The notes: a model not told the origin generated them from the letters alone. 62,775 nucleotides of DNA, filler included, from 6 parts of 6 records of this genome joined end to end with filler, not necessarily neighbours in it, one strand, 5' to 3'; shown: positions 1-9,554, numbered from the whole stretch's first letter. A program made the numbers and translations.

Positions 1-986
1 TCGTCCATGCGCGAGCCGGTATCGATCAGGGCCGTCGCGATGATGGTCAGCGAGCCGCCTTCCTCGATGTTGCGAGCGGCGCCGAAGAAGCGTTTCGGGC
101 GTTGCAGGGCGTTTGAATCGACACCGCCGGTCAGCACCTTGCCCGACGACGGCACCACCGTGTTGAAGGCGCGGGCCAGACGGGTGATGGAATCGAGCAG
201 GATGATGACATCCTTCTTGTGCTCGACCAGGCGCTTCGCCTTGGCAAGGACCATCTCGGCGACCTGGACGTGACGCGAGGCCGGTTCGTCGAAGGTGGAA
301 CTGACCACCTCGCCCCTGACGGAACGGGCCATGTCGGTCACTTCTTCCGGCCGTTCGTCGATCAGCAGCACGATCAGATGGCACTCGGGATGGTTTTCGG
401 CGATGCCGTGGGCGATGTTCTGCAGCATCACGGTCTTGCCGGTGCGCGGCGGCGCCACGATCAGGGCGCGTTGCCCCTTGCCGATCGGGGCGATTAGGTC
501 GATCACACGCAGGGTCGGATCCTTGCCGGTCGGATCGTCGATCTCCATCGTCAGCTTCGATTCCGGGTGCAACGGTGTCAGATTGTCGAAGTTGATGCGA
601 TGGCGCACGGCGCCCGGATCTTCGAAATTGATGTCGTTGACCTTGAGCAGGGCGAAATAGCGTTCACCGTCTTTCGGCGCCCGGATTTCGCCTTCGACGG
701 TATCGCCGGTGCGCAGGCTGAACCGCCTGACCTGGGACGGCGAGACATAGATGTCGTCCGGCCCCGGCAGGTAGTTGGCCTCCGGCGAGCGCAGGAAGCC
801 GAACCCGTCGGGCAGGACTTCAAGCACACCGTCGCCGTAGATGGAGACGTTTTTCGCCGCCAGCTGCTTGAGGATCGCGAACATCATTTCCTGACGGCGC
901 AGCGAGCTGGCGTTTTCGACCTCGAGTTCCTCGGCAAAGGACAGCAGCTCGGTCGGAGTCTGCTTCTTCAGTTCTTTAAGATTCAT
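1..986 (-). CDS. rho: Transcription termination factor Rho (3' end truncated by window edge; absent from ORF track)
   Basis: Manual minus-strand translation from ATG 986: [15 protein letters not shown]...[33 protein letters not shown]...[18 protein letters not shown]...[11 protein letters not shown]...[11 protein letters not shown]...[11 protein letters not shown]. Confidence 0.98.
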   Translation of the reverse strand, partial: MNLKELKKQTPTELLSFAEELEVENASSLRRQEMMFAILKQLAAKNVSIYGDGVLEVLPDGFGFLRSPEANYLPGPDDIYVSPSQVRRFSLRTGDTVEGEIRAPKDGERYFALLKVNDINFEDPGAVRHRINFDNLTPLHPESKLTMEIDDPTGKDPTLRVIDLIAPIGKGQRALIVAPPRTGKTVMLQNIAHGIAENHPECHLIVLLIDERPEEVTDMARSVRGEVVSSTFDEPASRHVQVAEMVLAKAKRLVEHKKDVIILLDSITRLARAFNTVVPSSGKVLTGGVDSNALQRPKRFFGAARNIEEGGSLTIIATALIDTGSRMD

Positions 987-1232
987 GGCTGGTCGAGATT
1001 CCTGACCAAGGGGAAGGGAAAAGGCGGAAAAGTGATCAAACGAAGCGGGATACGAAGAAACCCGCGATCAATCGCCGATGATTCGACAAATCTAGTGGTT
1101 GGTCCCACCGATATGAACGGATTTTTGAGAAAACAGGGTGCGTCGTTACCCTTTGCGACAAGCAAAGCATTAACCAAACCACCGATGGCTGTCAAATAAA
1201 GATTGGAGGGGGAATGGTTTAATCGTTCCCGA

Positions 1233-2279
1233 TCAACCGGCCTCGGCCATCGCGCATCGGCGGTGCGTTGTCGGACATATGCGTCCGCCGGCCTCGCTTC
1301 GCAAGGACTTTTCATCGGCCAGCGTGTCCACCACCAGGCGCGCCAGGCCGTCGATAAACGGCCCATGGGTACCGACCGCCGGCACCCGGATATAGGCCGG
1401 AACGCCTGCCTTTTCGGCCAATTCGCGATATTCGATATCGAGCTCGACCAGGGTTTCCGAATGTTCGGAAACGAAGGCGATGGGCACAACGACGACGGGA
1501 ACGCCGTCGCGCCCGGCCCGTTCGATCTCGTTGTCCGTCGACGGACCGATCCATTCCAGCGGCCCGACCTGGCTTTGAAAACAGATCACCCAGTCGAGAC
1601 CGTCGACGCCCATGGCCTCGACCACGGCCTCGGCCGATTGCGCCACCTGCCAGGCATAGGGGTCGCCCTTTTCAATGACCCGTTTGGGCAGGCCGTGGGC
1701 GGAAAAAAGGATCCGCGGTTTGCCGGATTCGGCAGCTTTCGCAAGCCCGGCCTTGACCAGTTCCGCTTCGCTGGCGATGAAGCCCGGTTCGCCCGGATAG
1801 CAGCAGACGGTCCGGGTGTTTGCCCTCAACCCGGCGGCCTTGGCGGCGCGCTTCCAATCGCGTACCGAGGATCCCGTCGTTGTCGTCGAATACTGCGGAT
1901 AGAGCGGCAGCAGGACGATTTCATCGGGTCCGAAATCTTTCACCGCGATGGCGGTCTCATCGGCCATCGGATGCCAGTAGCGCATGCAGATGAAAACCTT
2001 CACTTCGCCCTGGCCGGACAGTTTACCGGACAGCGCGTCGGCCTGTTCTTCGGTCAGCGGCAACAGCGGCGAACCGCCGCCGATGTTCGAATAGATCTCG
2101 CGCGCGATGGGGCCGCGCCGGCGTGAAATCAGGCTGGCTAGAAGGGGACGAAGCGGCCAGGGGACCCCGATAATTGCCGGATCGTTGAAAAGATTGAACA
2201 AAAACGGTTCGACCGATTCCTGCCGGTCGGGTCCGCCCAGATTGAACAATACGACTGCAATCTTTTTTTCCATGGCCAT
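1233..2279 (-). CDS. hemH: Ferrochelatase
   Basis: LFNLGGP, GGGSPL, CMRYWHP, LPLYPQYSTTTTGSS, FSAHGLP, GDPY, FQSQVGPLEW, FVSEHSETLVELD; downstream of hemE (start may be 2273). Confidence 0.97.
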   Translation of the reverse strand: MAMEKKIAVVLFNLGGPDRQESVEPFLFNLFNDPAIIGVPWPLRPLLASLISRRRGPIAREIYSNIGGGSPLLPLTEEQADALSGKLSGQGEVKVFICMRYWHPMADETAIAVKDFGPDEIVLLPLYPQYSTTTTGSSVRDWKRAAKAAGLRANTRTVCCYPGEPGFIASEAELVKAGLAKAAESGKPRILFSAHGLPKRVIEKGDPYAWQVAQSAEAVVEAMGVDGLDWVICFQSQVGPLEWIGPSTDNEIERAGRDGVPVVVVPIAFVSEHSETLVELDIEYRELAEKAGVPAYIRVPAVGTHGPFIDGLARLVVDTLADEKSLRSEAGGRICPTTHRRCAMAEAG

Positions 2280-2312
2280 AAAAATGGGCCGATCCGGGGA
2301 TAAAATCCAGGG

Positions 2313-3356
2313 TCAATCCGGCCGCCAACCGGAGATCAGGTTCGCCAGTTCGATTACATGCTCGGCCGGCACGTTCGGTGTGATGCCGTGGCCGAGATTG
2401 AAAATGAACGGTCCGGAAGACAGGCAGTCGAGGATATTCACCGCCGCTTCGCGCATGGCCGTGCCGCCATCGACAAGAAGGATGGGGTCGAGATTGCCCT
2501 GAACGGCACAGCGCGGTTGCAAGTCGCGGGCCGCCACGGATGGATCGATGGCGGTATCGAGGCTGAGACCGTCGATACCGGTCAGGTCCGCATAGTCGCC
2601 GTAACGGCTGCCGACACCGCGCGGAAAACCGATGATGGGAATGAGCGGAAAGGCCGATTTGACTTGTGCGACGATGGCTCGTGTCGGTTCGACGACGAGG
2701 TTGCGAAAGCCGTCCTCATCGAGAACGCCGGCCCAGGTATCGAACAGCTGCAACACTTCGGCGCCGTGGCGAACCTGTTCGATCAGATAGGCGCTGGTCG
2801 CCTCGACAAGGATATCCATGAGCCGGGCCATGCCGTCGGGATCTTCCTTGGCCCAGCGGCGCGCTTTCGAAAAATCGGTGCCGCCGCGGCCCTCGATCAT
2901 GTAGGTTGCGACGGTCCACGGCGCCCCGGCAAATCCGATCAACGCCGTTGTCTCCGGAATTTCCCGGGACAGGCGCCCGACCGTCTCGAAAACCGGTGCC
3001 AGGTGATTGCAAACGTCGGAAGGATTCAGGCCATCCAGATCTGATGTTCGGTTCAACGGCTCCAGTACCGGTCCTTCGCCTTCGCGAAAATCGACCTTTT
3101 GACCAAGTGCATCGGGAATGACCAGGATGTCGCTGAACAGGATGGCGGCGTCGGGGGAAAAGCGGCGCAGCGGCTGCAACGTCGCCTCGACGGCCAGATC
3201 CGGCGTATAGCAGAAATTCAGAAAGCCGGAGGCCTTCGTTCTCAGTTCCCGATATTCCGGCAGGTAACGACCGGCCTGGCGCATGAACCAGAACGGTACC
3301 GGTAGCTGGGCTTCGCCGGCCAGGGTCTTGAGAAGGGGTTTAGTGCCGCCGGGCAT
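2313..3356 (-). CDS. hemE: Uroporphyrinogen decarboxylase
   Basis: WFMRQAGRYLPEY, AILFSDIL, IGFAGAPWTVATY, VQGNLDP, FNLGHGI. ATG 3356 has an AGGA SD; an alternative ATG lies at 3392. Confidence 0.97.
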   Translation of the reverse strand: MPGGTKPLLKTLAGEAQLPVPFWFMRQAGRYLPEYRELRTKASGFLNFCYTPDLAVEATLQPLRRFSPDAAILFSDILVIPDALGQKVDFREGEGPVLEPLNRTSDLDGLNPSDVCNHLAPVFETVGRLSREIPETTALIGFAGAPWTVATYMIEGRGGTDFSKARRWAKEDPDGMARLMDILVEATSAYLIEQVRHGAEVLQLFDTWAGVLDEDGFRNLVVEPTRAIVAQVKSAFPLIPIIGFPRGVGSRYGDYADLTGIDGLSLDTAIDPSVAARDLQPRCAVQGNLDPILLVDGGTAMREAAVNILDCLSSGPFIFNLGHGITPNVPAEHVIELANLISGWRPD

Positions 3357-3382
3357 GGTTGTTCCTATCCGGGTCTCGGTAA

Positions 3383-3750
3383 AGTTATTCATAACCCAAC
3401 ACTACAAGAATCTATTTATATAAAAGTTCTGTAGTTGTTGTTGGATGGGTGAGACCTGGGGATTAAACGCCGTGCACAGGTGATCCACAGATTTGCCATT
3501 GATGGTTCCGGCATGGTCGGACGACGGGGAAAAGCTGTTGAAGATCATCCATTCGAACCGTCTGAACCTGCCTTCGATGACGGGGTTCAATGTCGGGGAT
3601 AAGGGGGACGGTTTGCCGTGACGGACTGCCTGGCAGCGTTATCCCCGGACACGGATAAGGTTTTCATTTGTCCCGGCCGCGGTGTAAAAAATAAACCGGA
3701 GCAGGGAAGAATAAAACCGGACCCGACGAATCGGTCCGGTTATCCCCAGG
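3383..3750. other. Putative chromosomal replication origin (oriC)
   Basis: Non-coding gap between divergent hemE and ppsR, the established alphaproteobacterial oriC position. AT-rich tract at about 3383-3430. DnaA-box-like 9-mers: TGATCCACA 3481-3489, TTATCCCCG 3639-3647 and reverse 3594-3602, TTATCCCCA 3740-3748, reverse TAATCCCCA 3457-3465, reverse TTATCCGTG 3650-3658. GANTC sites at 3408 and 3728. Confidence 0.85.
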
Positions 3751-3758
3751 ATTGAAAA

Positions 3759-4601
3759 ATGGTCAGGCAAGGCGGCAAATCGGCAAGGGTGGTCAATATC
3801 CACCTGGTATCTGATTCGACGGGTGAAACCGCGCGGTCGGTGGCGCGTGCCTGTCTGGTTCAGTTCGGTCGAATCAAGACCGAGGAACAGGTTTGGCCGA
3901 TGGTCCGCAAGCGCCGCCAGGTCAAGCAGATCCTCGACGGCATCAAGGAAAAGCCCGGAATCGTCATCTACACGCTGGTCAACCGCGACATCCAGGAAAT
4001 GCTGGAGGAAGGCTGCCAACATCTGCAGACGCCCTGCGTGGCGGTCCTCGACCCGGTTCTTGAAATGATGCACGACTATTTTGGCGCCAAGCTGAAAGGC
4101 CGGCCGGGCCGCCAGCACGAAATGGATGCCGAATATTTTGCCCGCATTGAAGCCGTGCACTATGTGTTGAGCCATGATGACGGGCAGATGTCAAATGGCC
4201 TTGGCGAAGCCGATGTCATTCTGGCCGGGGTTTCGCGGACGCTGAAGACGCCGACCTGCATCTATCTGGCCAACCGCGGAATCAAGGCTGCCAACATACC
4301 GATCATGATCGGTGTACCGCTACCCGACGAGGTGTTCGGCACACGCCCGCCCCTGGTTGTCGGTTTGACCAAGGATCCGAAACGGTTGGTTCAGATCCGC
4401 AAGCATCGCCTGAAAATGCTGGACCGTGACCAGAACGCCGATTACGCCGATATCGAGGCCGTTTCCGAGGAAATCCGCACGGCGCGCGAGATCTTCAAAA
4501 AGAACAAATGGCCGGTCATCGATGTGACGCGGCGTTCGGTCGAAGAAGTCGCCGCCGAGATCATGCAGCTTTACGCCAAGCGTAAGGAAGAGACCCGCTG
4601 A
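3759..4601 (+). CDS. ppsR: Pyruvate,water dikinase / PPDK regulatory kinase-pyrophosphorylase (DUF299)
   Basis: IHLVSDSTGETA, HDDG, ADVILAGVSRTLKTPTCIYLANRG, IDVTRRSVEE; conserved oriC-flanking gene. Confidence 0.93.
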   Translation: MVRQGGKSARVVNIHLVSDSTGETARSVARACLVQFGRIKTEEQVWPMVRKRRQVKQILDGIKEKPGIVIYTLVNRDIQEMLEEGCQHLQTPCVAVLDPVLEMMHDYFGAKLKGRPGRQHEMDAEYFARIEAVHYVLSHDDGQMSNGLGEADVILAGVSRTLKTPTCIYLANRGIKAANIPIMIGVPLPDEVFGTRPPLVVGLTKDPKRLVQIRKHRLKMLDRDQNADYADIEAVSEEIRTAREIFKKNKWPVIDVTRRSVEEVAAEIMQLYAKRKEETR

Positions 4602-5221
4602 TACAATCCGAAAACATCCCGGCCAACGATACCCTGGTCCTCGCTTCGGCCAGCGTCACCCGGGTTCGCCTGCTGACCGAAGCCGGCCTTCGTTTCGAGA
4701 CCGATCCGGCCGATCTCGACGAATCCTCGATCAAGGCGGAACTGGCGAAAACGGGTGCCGAAGCCGCCGACCTGGCGCTGACGCTGGCCGAAGCCAAGGC
4801 CGCCGTGGTGGCCGAACGGTGGCCCGGTGCGACCATCATCGGCGCCGACCAGGTGCTTGAACATGAAGGCATTTGGTTCGATAAGCCGGCCGATCTGCCG
4901 GAAGCCCGCCGGCACCTGCAAACTTTCCGCAATTCGACCCACCGGCTGATCAGCGCGGTGTGTTTGCTGCGGGACGGGATCGCGGTGTGGAAACATGCCG
5001 AAACGGCCCGACTGACCATGCGGCCCTTCAGCGACGCATTCCTGGAAGCCTACCTGAAGGATGCCGGCGAGGACTGCCTGGGCTCGGTCGGCGCCTACCG
5101 ACTGGAAGGCCCGGGGGCACAGTTGTTCGCCCGGGTCGAGGGCGATCACTTCACGGTTCAGGGCTTGCCCTTGCTGGCGTTGCTCGAGGCCCTTCGGACC
5201 CTGGATATTTTGCGGGATTGA
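4598..5221 (+). CDS. maf: Maf-family nucleoside triphosphate pyrophosphatase (probable non-canonical CTG start)
   Basis: The in-frame region upstream of the called GTG (4805) encodes TLVLASASVTR...DESSIK...LAEAKA. Downstream motifs IIGADQVL, FDKP, VGAYRLEG, VQGLP. An in-frame TAA at 4583 limits the start. Confidence 0.9.
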   Translation: MIQSENIPANDTLVLASASVTRVRLLTEAGLRFETDPADLDESSIKAELAKTGAEAADLALTLAEAKAAVVAERWPGATIIGADQVLEHEGIWFDKPADLPEARRHLQTFRNSTHRLISAVCLLRDGIAVWKHAETARLTMRPFSDAFLEAYLKDAGEDCLGSVGAYRLEGPGAQLFARVEGDHFTVQGLPLLALLEALRTLDILRD

Positions 5222-5280
5222 CGGCGGCCGGCGCCGCCTCTAAGGGTGGGGCTGGATCGATGCGGGGGAAACGACCAGCG

Positions 5281-6138
5281 ATGATCAGCGGAAAAGCCCG
5301 AATTGCCTCCATAATCGGATATCCGGTCGGCCACAGCCTGTCGCCGCGCCTGCATGGTTTCTGGTTGCGCCAATACGGCATCGACGGTGCCTACGTGCCG
5401 TTGGAAATCCACCCGGACAATTTCAAATCCGCCTTCAGGGCGCTGCCGGCCCTGGGCTTCGCCGGCACCAACGTGACATTGCCGCACAAGGAGCAGGCGC
5501 TGGCCTGCGTTGACGAAGCCGATCAAACGGCGCGCCGGATCGGCGCCGCAAACACGATCACGGTCCGTGCCGACGGCAGCCTGCATGGCGGCAATTCCGA
5601 CGCGTTCGGTTTCAGCGAAAACCTGATTGCCGAATTGCCCGATTGGGACCCGGGCGCGGCGCCGGCCGTCGTTGTCGGCGCCGGCGGATCGGCCCGCGCC
5701 ATCTGTGTTGCGCTCCTCGATCTGGGCGTACCGGAAATCCGCCTGGTCAACCGCACCGCGGATCGGGCCAAATCCCTGGCCGCCGGGATCGGCGGACCGT
5801 TCGAACTGGTTTCCTGGCAGGATCGGACCGGAACCCTCGAGGGAGCCGGGCTGCTGGTCAATACGACCGCCATGGGCATGAGTGGAAATCCGCCGCTGGA
5901 TCTGGATCTGCGGCACCTGCCGCCCGAGGCGGTGGTTACCGACATCGTCTATACGCCGCTGGAAACGCCGCTGCTGGCATCGGCCCGGGCCCGCGGCAAC
6001 CCGGTAGTCGACGGCATGGGCATGCTTTTGCACCAGGGCCGTCCCGGCTTCGCCAAATGGTTCGGTGTCGAACCCGAAGTGACCGACGAACTTCGCGCCT
6101 TCGTTCTCGACGGGCTTCCCGGCGCCGCCGTCGGCTAG
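5281..6138 (+). CDS. aroE: Shikimate dehydrogenase
   Basis: IGYPVGHSLSPRLH, GTNVTLPHK, IGAANT, NSDAFGF, GAGGSARA, DIVYTPLETPLL, DGMGMLLHQG. Confidence 0.96.
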   Translation: MISGKARIASIIGYPVGHSLSPRLHGFWLRQYGIDGAYVPLEIHPDNFKSAFRALPALGFAGTNVTLPHKEQALACVDEADQTARRIGAANTITVRADGSLHGGNSDAFGFSENLIAELPDWDPGAAPAVVVGAGGSARAICVALLDLGVPEIRLVNRTADRAKSLAAGIGGPFELVSWQDRTGTLEGAGLLVNTTAMGMSGNPPLDLDLRHLPPEAVVTDIVYTPLETPLLASARARGNPVVDGMGMLLHQGRPGFAKWFGVEPEVTDELRAFVLDGLPGAAVG

Positions 6139-6147
6139 GATGGGACA

Positions 6148-6765
6148 ATGGTGATCCTCGGCCTGACCGGATCGATCGGCATGGGAAAAACGGTGGCCGC
6201 CGGCATGTTCGCGTACCTCGGCGTTCCGGTTCACGATGCCGACGCCGCCGTCCATCGACTGCTTGCCGAAGACGGCGCGGTCATCGCCGAGGTTTCGGCG
6301 GCATTCCCCGAGGTCTTCAGAAGCGGCGCCGTCGACCGGGCCGAATTGGGGCGCTGTGTTTTTGCCGATGGCGACAGATTGGCAACCTTGGAGGCGATCC
6401 TGCATCCGGCCGTTCACCGCGACCAGGCGGCTTTCCTTCGGCGCGCCGCCATCGGGCGTCGGCCCCTGGCGGTCCTCGACATCCCGCTTCTGTTCGAAAC
6501 CGGTGCCGAAACGAAATGCGATTTCACCGCCGTCGTCTGGGCGCCGCGCCGGATTCAGGAACGGCGCGTCCTGGCCCGCCCGGGCATGACCCGGGAACGG
6601 TTGCAGGCGATCCGGCGCCAGCAGATGAACGACGTCGACAAGGCGCGTTTGGCGGATTTTCGGATTCCATCCGGGCTGGGGCGAACCCTGACCTTGCGCG
6701 TGATCAAAAGGATCGTCACATTGACCGGCAGACAGCGCGGCGCCGTTTGGCCGTGGCCCCGTTGA
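6148..6765 (+). CDS. coaE: Dephospho-CoA kinase
   Basis: ILGLTGSIGMGKT, DADAAVH, LEAILHP, LDIPLLFE; aroE-coaE-dnaQ synteny. Confidence 0.96.
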   Translation: MVILGLTGSIGMGKTVAAGMFAYLGVPVHDADAAVHRLLAEDGAVIAEVSAAFPEVFRSGAVDRAELGRCVFADGDRLATLEAILHPAVHRDQAAFLRRAAIGRRPLAVLDIPLLFETGAETKCDFTAVVWAPRRIQERRVLARPGMTRERLQAIRRQQMNDVDKARLADFRIPSGLGRTLTLRVIKRIVTLTGRQRGAVWPWPR

Positions 6766-6796
6766 CGGAAACTCCCGGAAAGGAACAAGTAAAATC

Positions 6797-7468
6797 ATGC
6801 GCGAAGTGGTGTTGGACACCGAAACGACGGGCTTCGATCCGAACGCCGGCCACCGGATCGTCGAGATCGGCGCGGTCGAACTGATCAATCATCTGCCGAC
6901 GGGCGAAACCTATCAGGTCTACATCAATCCGGAGCGGGACATGCCGGCCGGCGCCTTCGAGGTGCACGGCCTTTCGGAAGAATTCCTGTCCGACAAGCCG
7001 GTCTTCGCGCAAATCGTCGACGGGCTGCTAGAATTTCTCGGCGATTCCGTGATCGTCGCCCACAACGCCGAATTCGACATGAACTTCCTCAATGCCGAAC
7101 TGTCCTGGCTCGACAAACCGGTCATCGAAGCGACCCGCGCCGTCGATACGGTATCCATGGCCCGGCGCAAATTTCCCGGATCTCAAGCCAATCTCGATGC
7201 CTTGTGCCGGCGTTTTCAGATCGATCTGTCGGACCGCACCCTGCATGGTGCGCTCAAGGACGCTCGGCTGCTGTCGGAAGTTTATCTGGAGTTGCTCGGC
7301 GGCCGTCAGGCCGACCTGGCTTTGGCGCAACAGGCCAAAGCCGGCATGATCGGAACGGAAACGGCGCGCACCCAGCGTCCGCCGCGTCCGCACGCCCCGA
7401 CGGCCGAAGAAGAAGCCGCGCATGCCGAGTTCCTGGCCAAACTGAAGCACCCGATCTGGCTCAACTGA
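6797..7468 (+). CDS. dnaQ: DNA polymerase III epsilon subunit
   Basis: VVLDTETTG, VEIGAVE, VAHNAEFD, LDALCRRF, HGALKDA, LLGGRQADL. Confidence 0.97.
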   Translation: MREVVLDTETTGFDPNAGHRIVEIGAVELINHLPTGETYQVYINPERDMPAGAFEVHGLSEEFLSDKPVFAQIVDGLLEFLGDSVIVAHNAEFDMNFLNAELSWLDKPVIEATRAVDTVSMARRKFPGSQANLDALCRRFQIDLSDRTLHGALKDARLLSEVYLELLGGRQADLALAQQAKAGMIGTETARTQRPPRPHAPTAEEEAAHAEFLAKLKHPIWLN

Positions 7469-7505
7469 CGGGTCGTCTCGGCACCACTGACTGCCGGTAC
7501 GGAAA

Positions 7506-8051
7506 CTAGACGAGCGGCGAGCTCGGGCCTTCCGGCTGCGCTGCGGCCTGCTGGGCGATCTGGTTTTGATACATCGCGACGAAATCCACCGGCGCCAGCA
7601 TCAAGGGCGGGAAGCCGCCGTCGCGCGTCGCGTCGGCAACGATGTTGCGGGCGAACGGGAACAGAAGCCGTGGGCATTCGATCAGCAGCATCGCCTGCAG
7701 ATGTTCGGGCGGCACATTGATGGCGAACAGCCCGGCATAGGCCAATTCGCAGACAAAGGCGGCGTTATCGCCGATTTTGCAGTTGGCCTCGATATGCAGA
7801 ACGATCTCAAAGACGGTTTCCTGGATCGGGTTGGCCTTGACATCGATGTTGACCGAGATTTCCGGCTGATTGTTCTGCATCTCGGCAAAGATGTTCGGTG
7901 CGCCCGGCACCTCGTAGGAAAGATCCTTGATGTATTGCGCGATGATGGCAATCGGCGGCTGGACTTCCTGCTCATCGCCATCGGCCGCGCCGGTTGCTTC
8001 GGGGTTGGCGGTATCGGGCTGCGGGCCTTCGGGTGAACCGTTGGCGGTCAT
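7506..8051 (-). CDS. secB: Protein-export chaperone SecB
   Basis: QYIKDLSYEVP, ECPRLLFPFAR, DGGFPPLMLAPVDF. Confidence 0.97.
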   Translation of the reverse strand: MTANGSPEGPQPDTANPEATGAADGDEQEVQPPIAIIAQYIKDLSYEVPGAPNIFAEMQNNQPEISVNIDVKANPIQETVFEIVLHIEANCKIGDNAAFVCELAYAGLFAINVPPEHLQAMLLIECPRLLFPFARNIVADATRDGGFPPLMLAPVDFVAMYQNQIAQQAAAQPEGPSSPLV

Positions 8052-8158
8052 GATCTAAGTCTCCGTTCCTGGTGTGGAGGCGTGGCTAACACGGATCAGG
8101 CGGGTACGCAACCGCCGGGACACCGGTGGGCTTCCGCAAAACGGGGGTAGGTTTGGCC

Positions 8159-8692
8159 CTAAGGGCCGATCCGGCCCCAGGGATTGTTATTGTCGGGATC
8201 GTTCTTCGGCTCCGGCGCGTTTTCGTCGACCTCTTCGAACTCGCCGTCGATGACGGTCGAGGGGCCTTGCGGGCGGCCGCTGCCCCTGCTGCCGGTGCCC
8301 GCCATCGGGCCGTCGGAAAAGGCCTGAACACGGCCCGATTCCATCAGGCGGCGGCCGAGAAAAGAACGCAGCACGGCGCGCAGAGCCGGCACGAACAACA
8401 GCAACCCGGCCGCATCCGTGACGAAACCGGGAGTCAGCAGCAACGCGCCGGCGACGACCAGGCACAACCCGTCAAACACCTCAGCGACCGGGAAGCGTCC
8501 GGCGTTCAGATTGTCGCGGGCGCGGGCCAGGGTGGCGAAGCCCTGATGGCGCAATAATGCAGTGCCGGCCATGGCCGTCAGGATGACGGCGCCGAGCGTC
8601 GGCCACAGCCCGGCCCAGCCGCCGACCTGCACAAAAACGGCGATTTCGACGATCGGAACGACGATCATTATTAGAAGCAGAAAAAGGCCCAT
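8159..8692 (-). CDS. fxsA: FxsA family membrane protein
   Basis: PIVEIAVFVQVG, LLLTPGFVTD, VIDGEFEEV; secB synteny. Confidence 0.93.
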   Translation of the reverse strand: MGLFLLLIMIVVPIVEIAVFVQVGGWAGLWPTLGAVILTAMAGTALLRHQGFATLARARDNLNAGRFPVAEVFDGLCLVVAGALLLTPGFVTDAAGLLLFVPALRAVLRSFLGRRLMESGRVQAFSDGPMAGTGSRGSGRPQGPSTVIDGEFEEVDENAPEPKNDPDNNNPWGRIGP

Positions 8693-8840
8693 GCTTGCCC
8701 TTAATCGATAATAAGATTATCTACTCTAGTTAACCGGTCCTTCCGGCTTGCATCCCGCCCATGGGAAAAGCCGAGGATGGACTTAAATATGTTCACAAAA
8801 GCCCGGCGTCCAGCCGGGAACAATCGTCGGGATCGCGATC

Positions 8841-9554
8841 ATGGGCAACGGTTTTCAGTTCCTAGATATCATTTTATTTGCCTTGATTGCGGCATTCCTG
8901 GTGCTGCGCCTGCGCAATGTACTGGGCCGCCGCGACGGTTTCGGCGGCCGCAAGAAGGATCCTTTCGGCATCCAAAACAGGATGGAGCCCGACAACGAGA
9001 ATGTCGTGTCGCTACCCGAGCGCGAGGATTCGGACCAGTTCGAAGACATCATCGATCTCAAACCCGATGCCGAACCGGAAGCCGGACTCGAACCCGAAGA
9101 TGCGCTGTCGGCCGGGCTTCAGCAGATCCGCCGGGCCGATCCGTCGTTCGAGGTCGAGGAATTCCTGGTTGGTGCCCGGACTGCTTTCGAGATGATCATC
9201 GACGCCTATGCAGCCGGTGATGTCGAAACCCTGCAAGCCCTGTTGAGCCGCGATGTCTTTGCCAATTTCGCCGACGCCATCGACAAACGTGAAGCGGCCG
9301 GCGAAACCCTGGAATCACGCGTCAGCGCCATTCGGGTTTCCGACATCGTCGAGGCCTACGTCGATGGCAAGAACACTTGCGTAACGGTCAAATTCGTCAG
9401 CGATCAGTGTAACGTGACGCGCGATGCCGAAGGCCGCATCGTCGACGGCGATCCACAGGCAAGCACCGAAGTGACCGATTTCTGGACCTATGGGCGTAAT
9501 AGCCGGGCCCGCGACCCGAACTGGACCCTGATCGCCACGGGTAGCCTTGATTGA
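8841..9554 (+). CDS. Tim44/TimA family adaptor protein
   Basis: N-terminal TM with FLVLRLRNVLGRRDG, FLVGARTAFEMI, C-terminal DFWTYGR...DPNWTLIAT. Confidence 0.92.
   Translation: MGNGFQFLDIILFALIAAFLVLRLRNVLGRRDGFGGRKKDPFGIQNRMEPDNENVVSLPEREDSDQFEDIIDLKPDAEPEAGLEPEDALSAGLQQIRRADPSFEVEEFLVGARTAFEMIIDAYAAGDVETLQALLSRDVFANFADAIDKREAAGETLESRVSAIRVSDIVEAYVDGKNTCVTVKFVSDQCNVTRDAEGRIVDGDPQASTEVTDFWTYGRNSRARDPNWTLIATGSLD

Noticed and set aside
5158..6888. 576-aa antisense ORF and 413-aa alternative-frame ORF over aroE-coaE
   Set aside because: Fully overlap well-supported genes; R/G/P-rich with no domains.
8693..8840. CtrA site in the fxsA/tim44 divergent spacer
   Set aside because: Only half-sites (TTAA at 8701, TTAACC at 8730); no TTAA-N7-TTAA.
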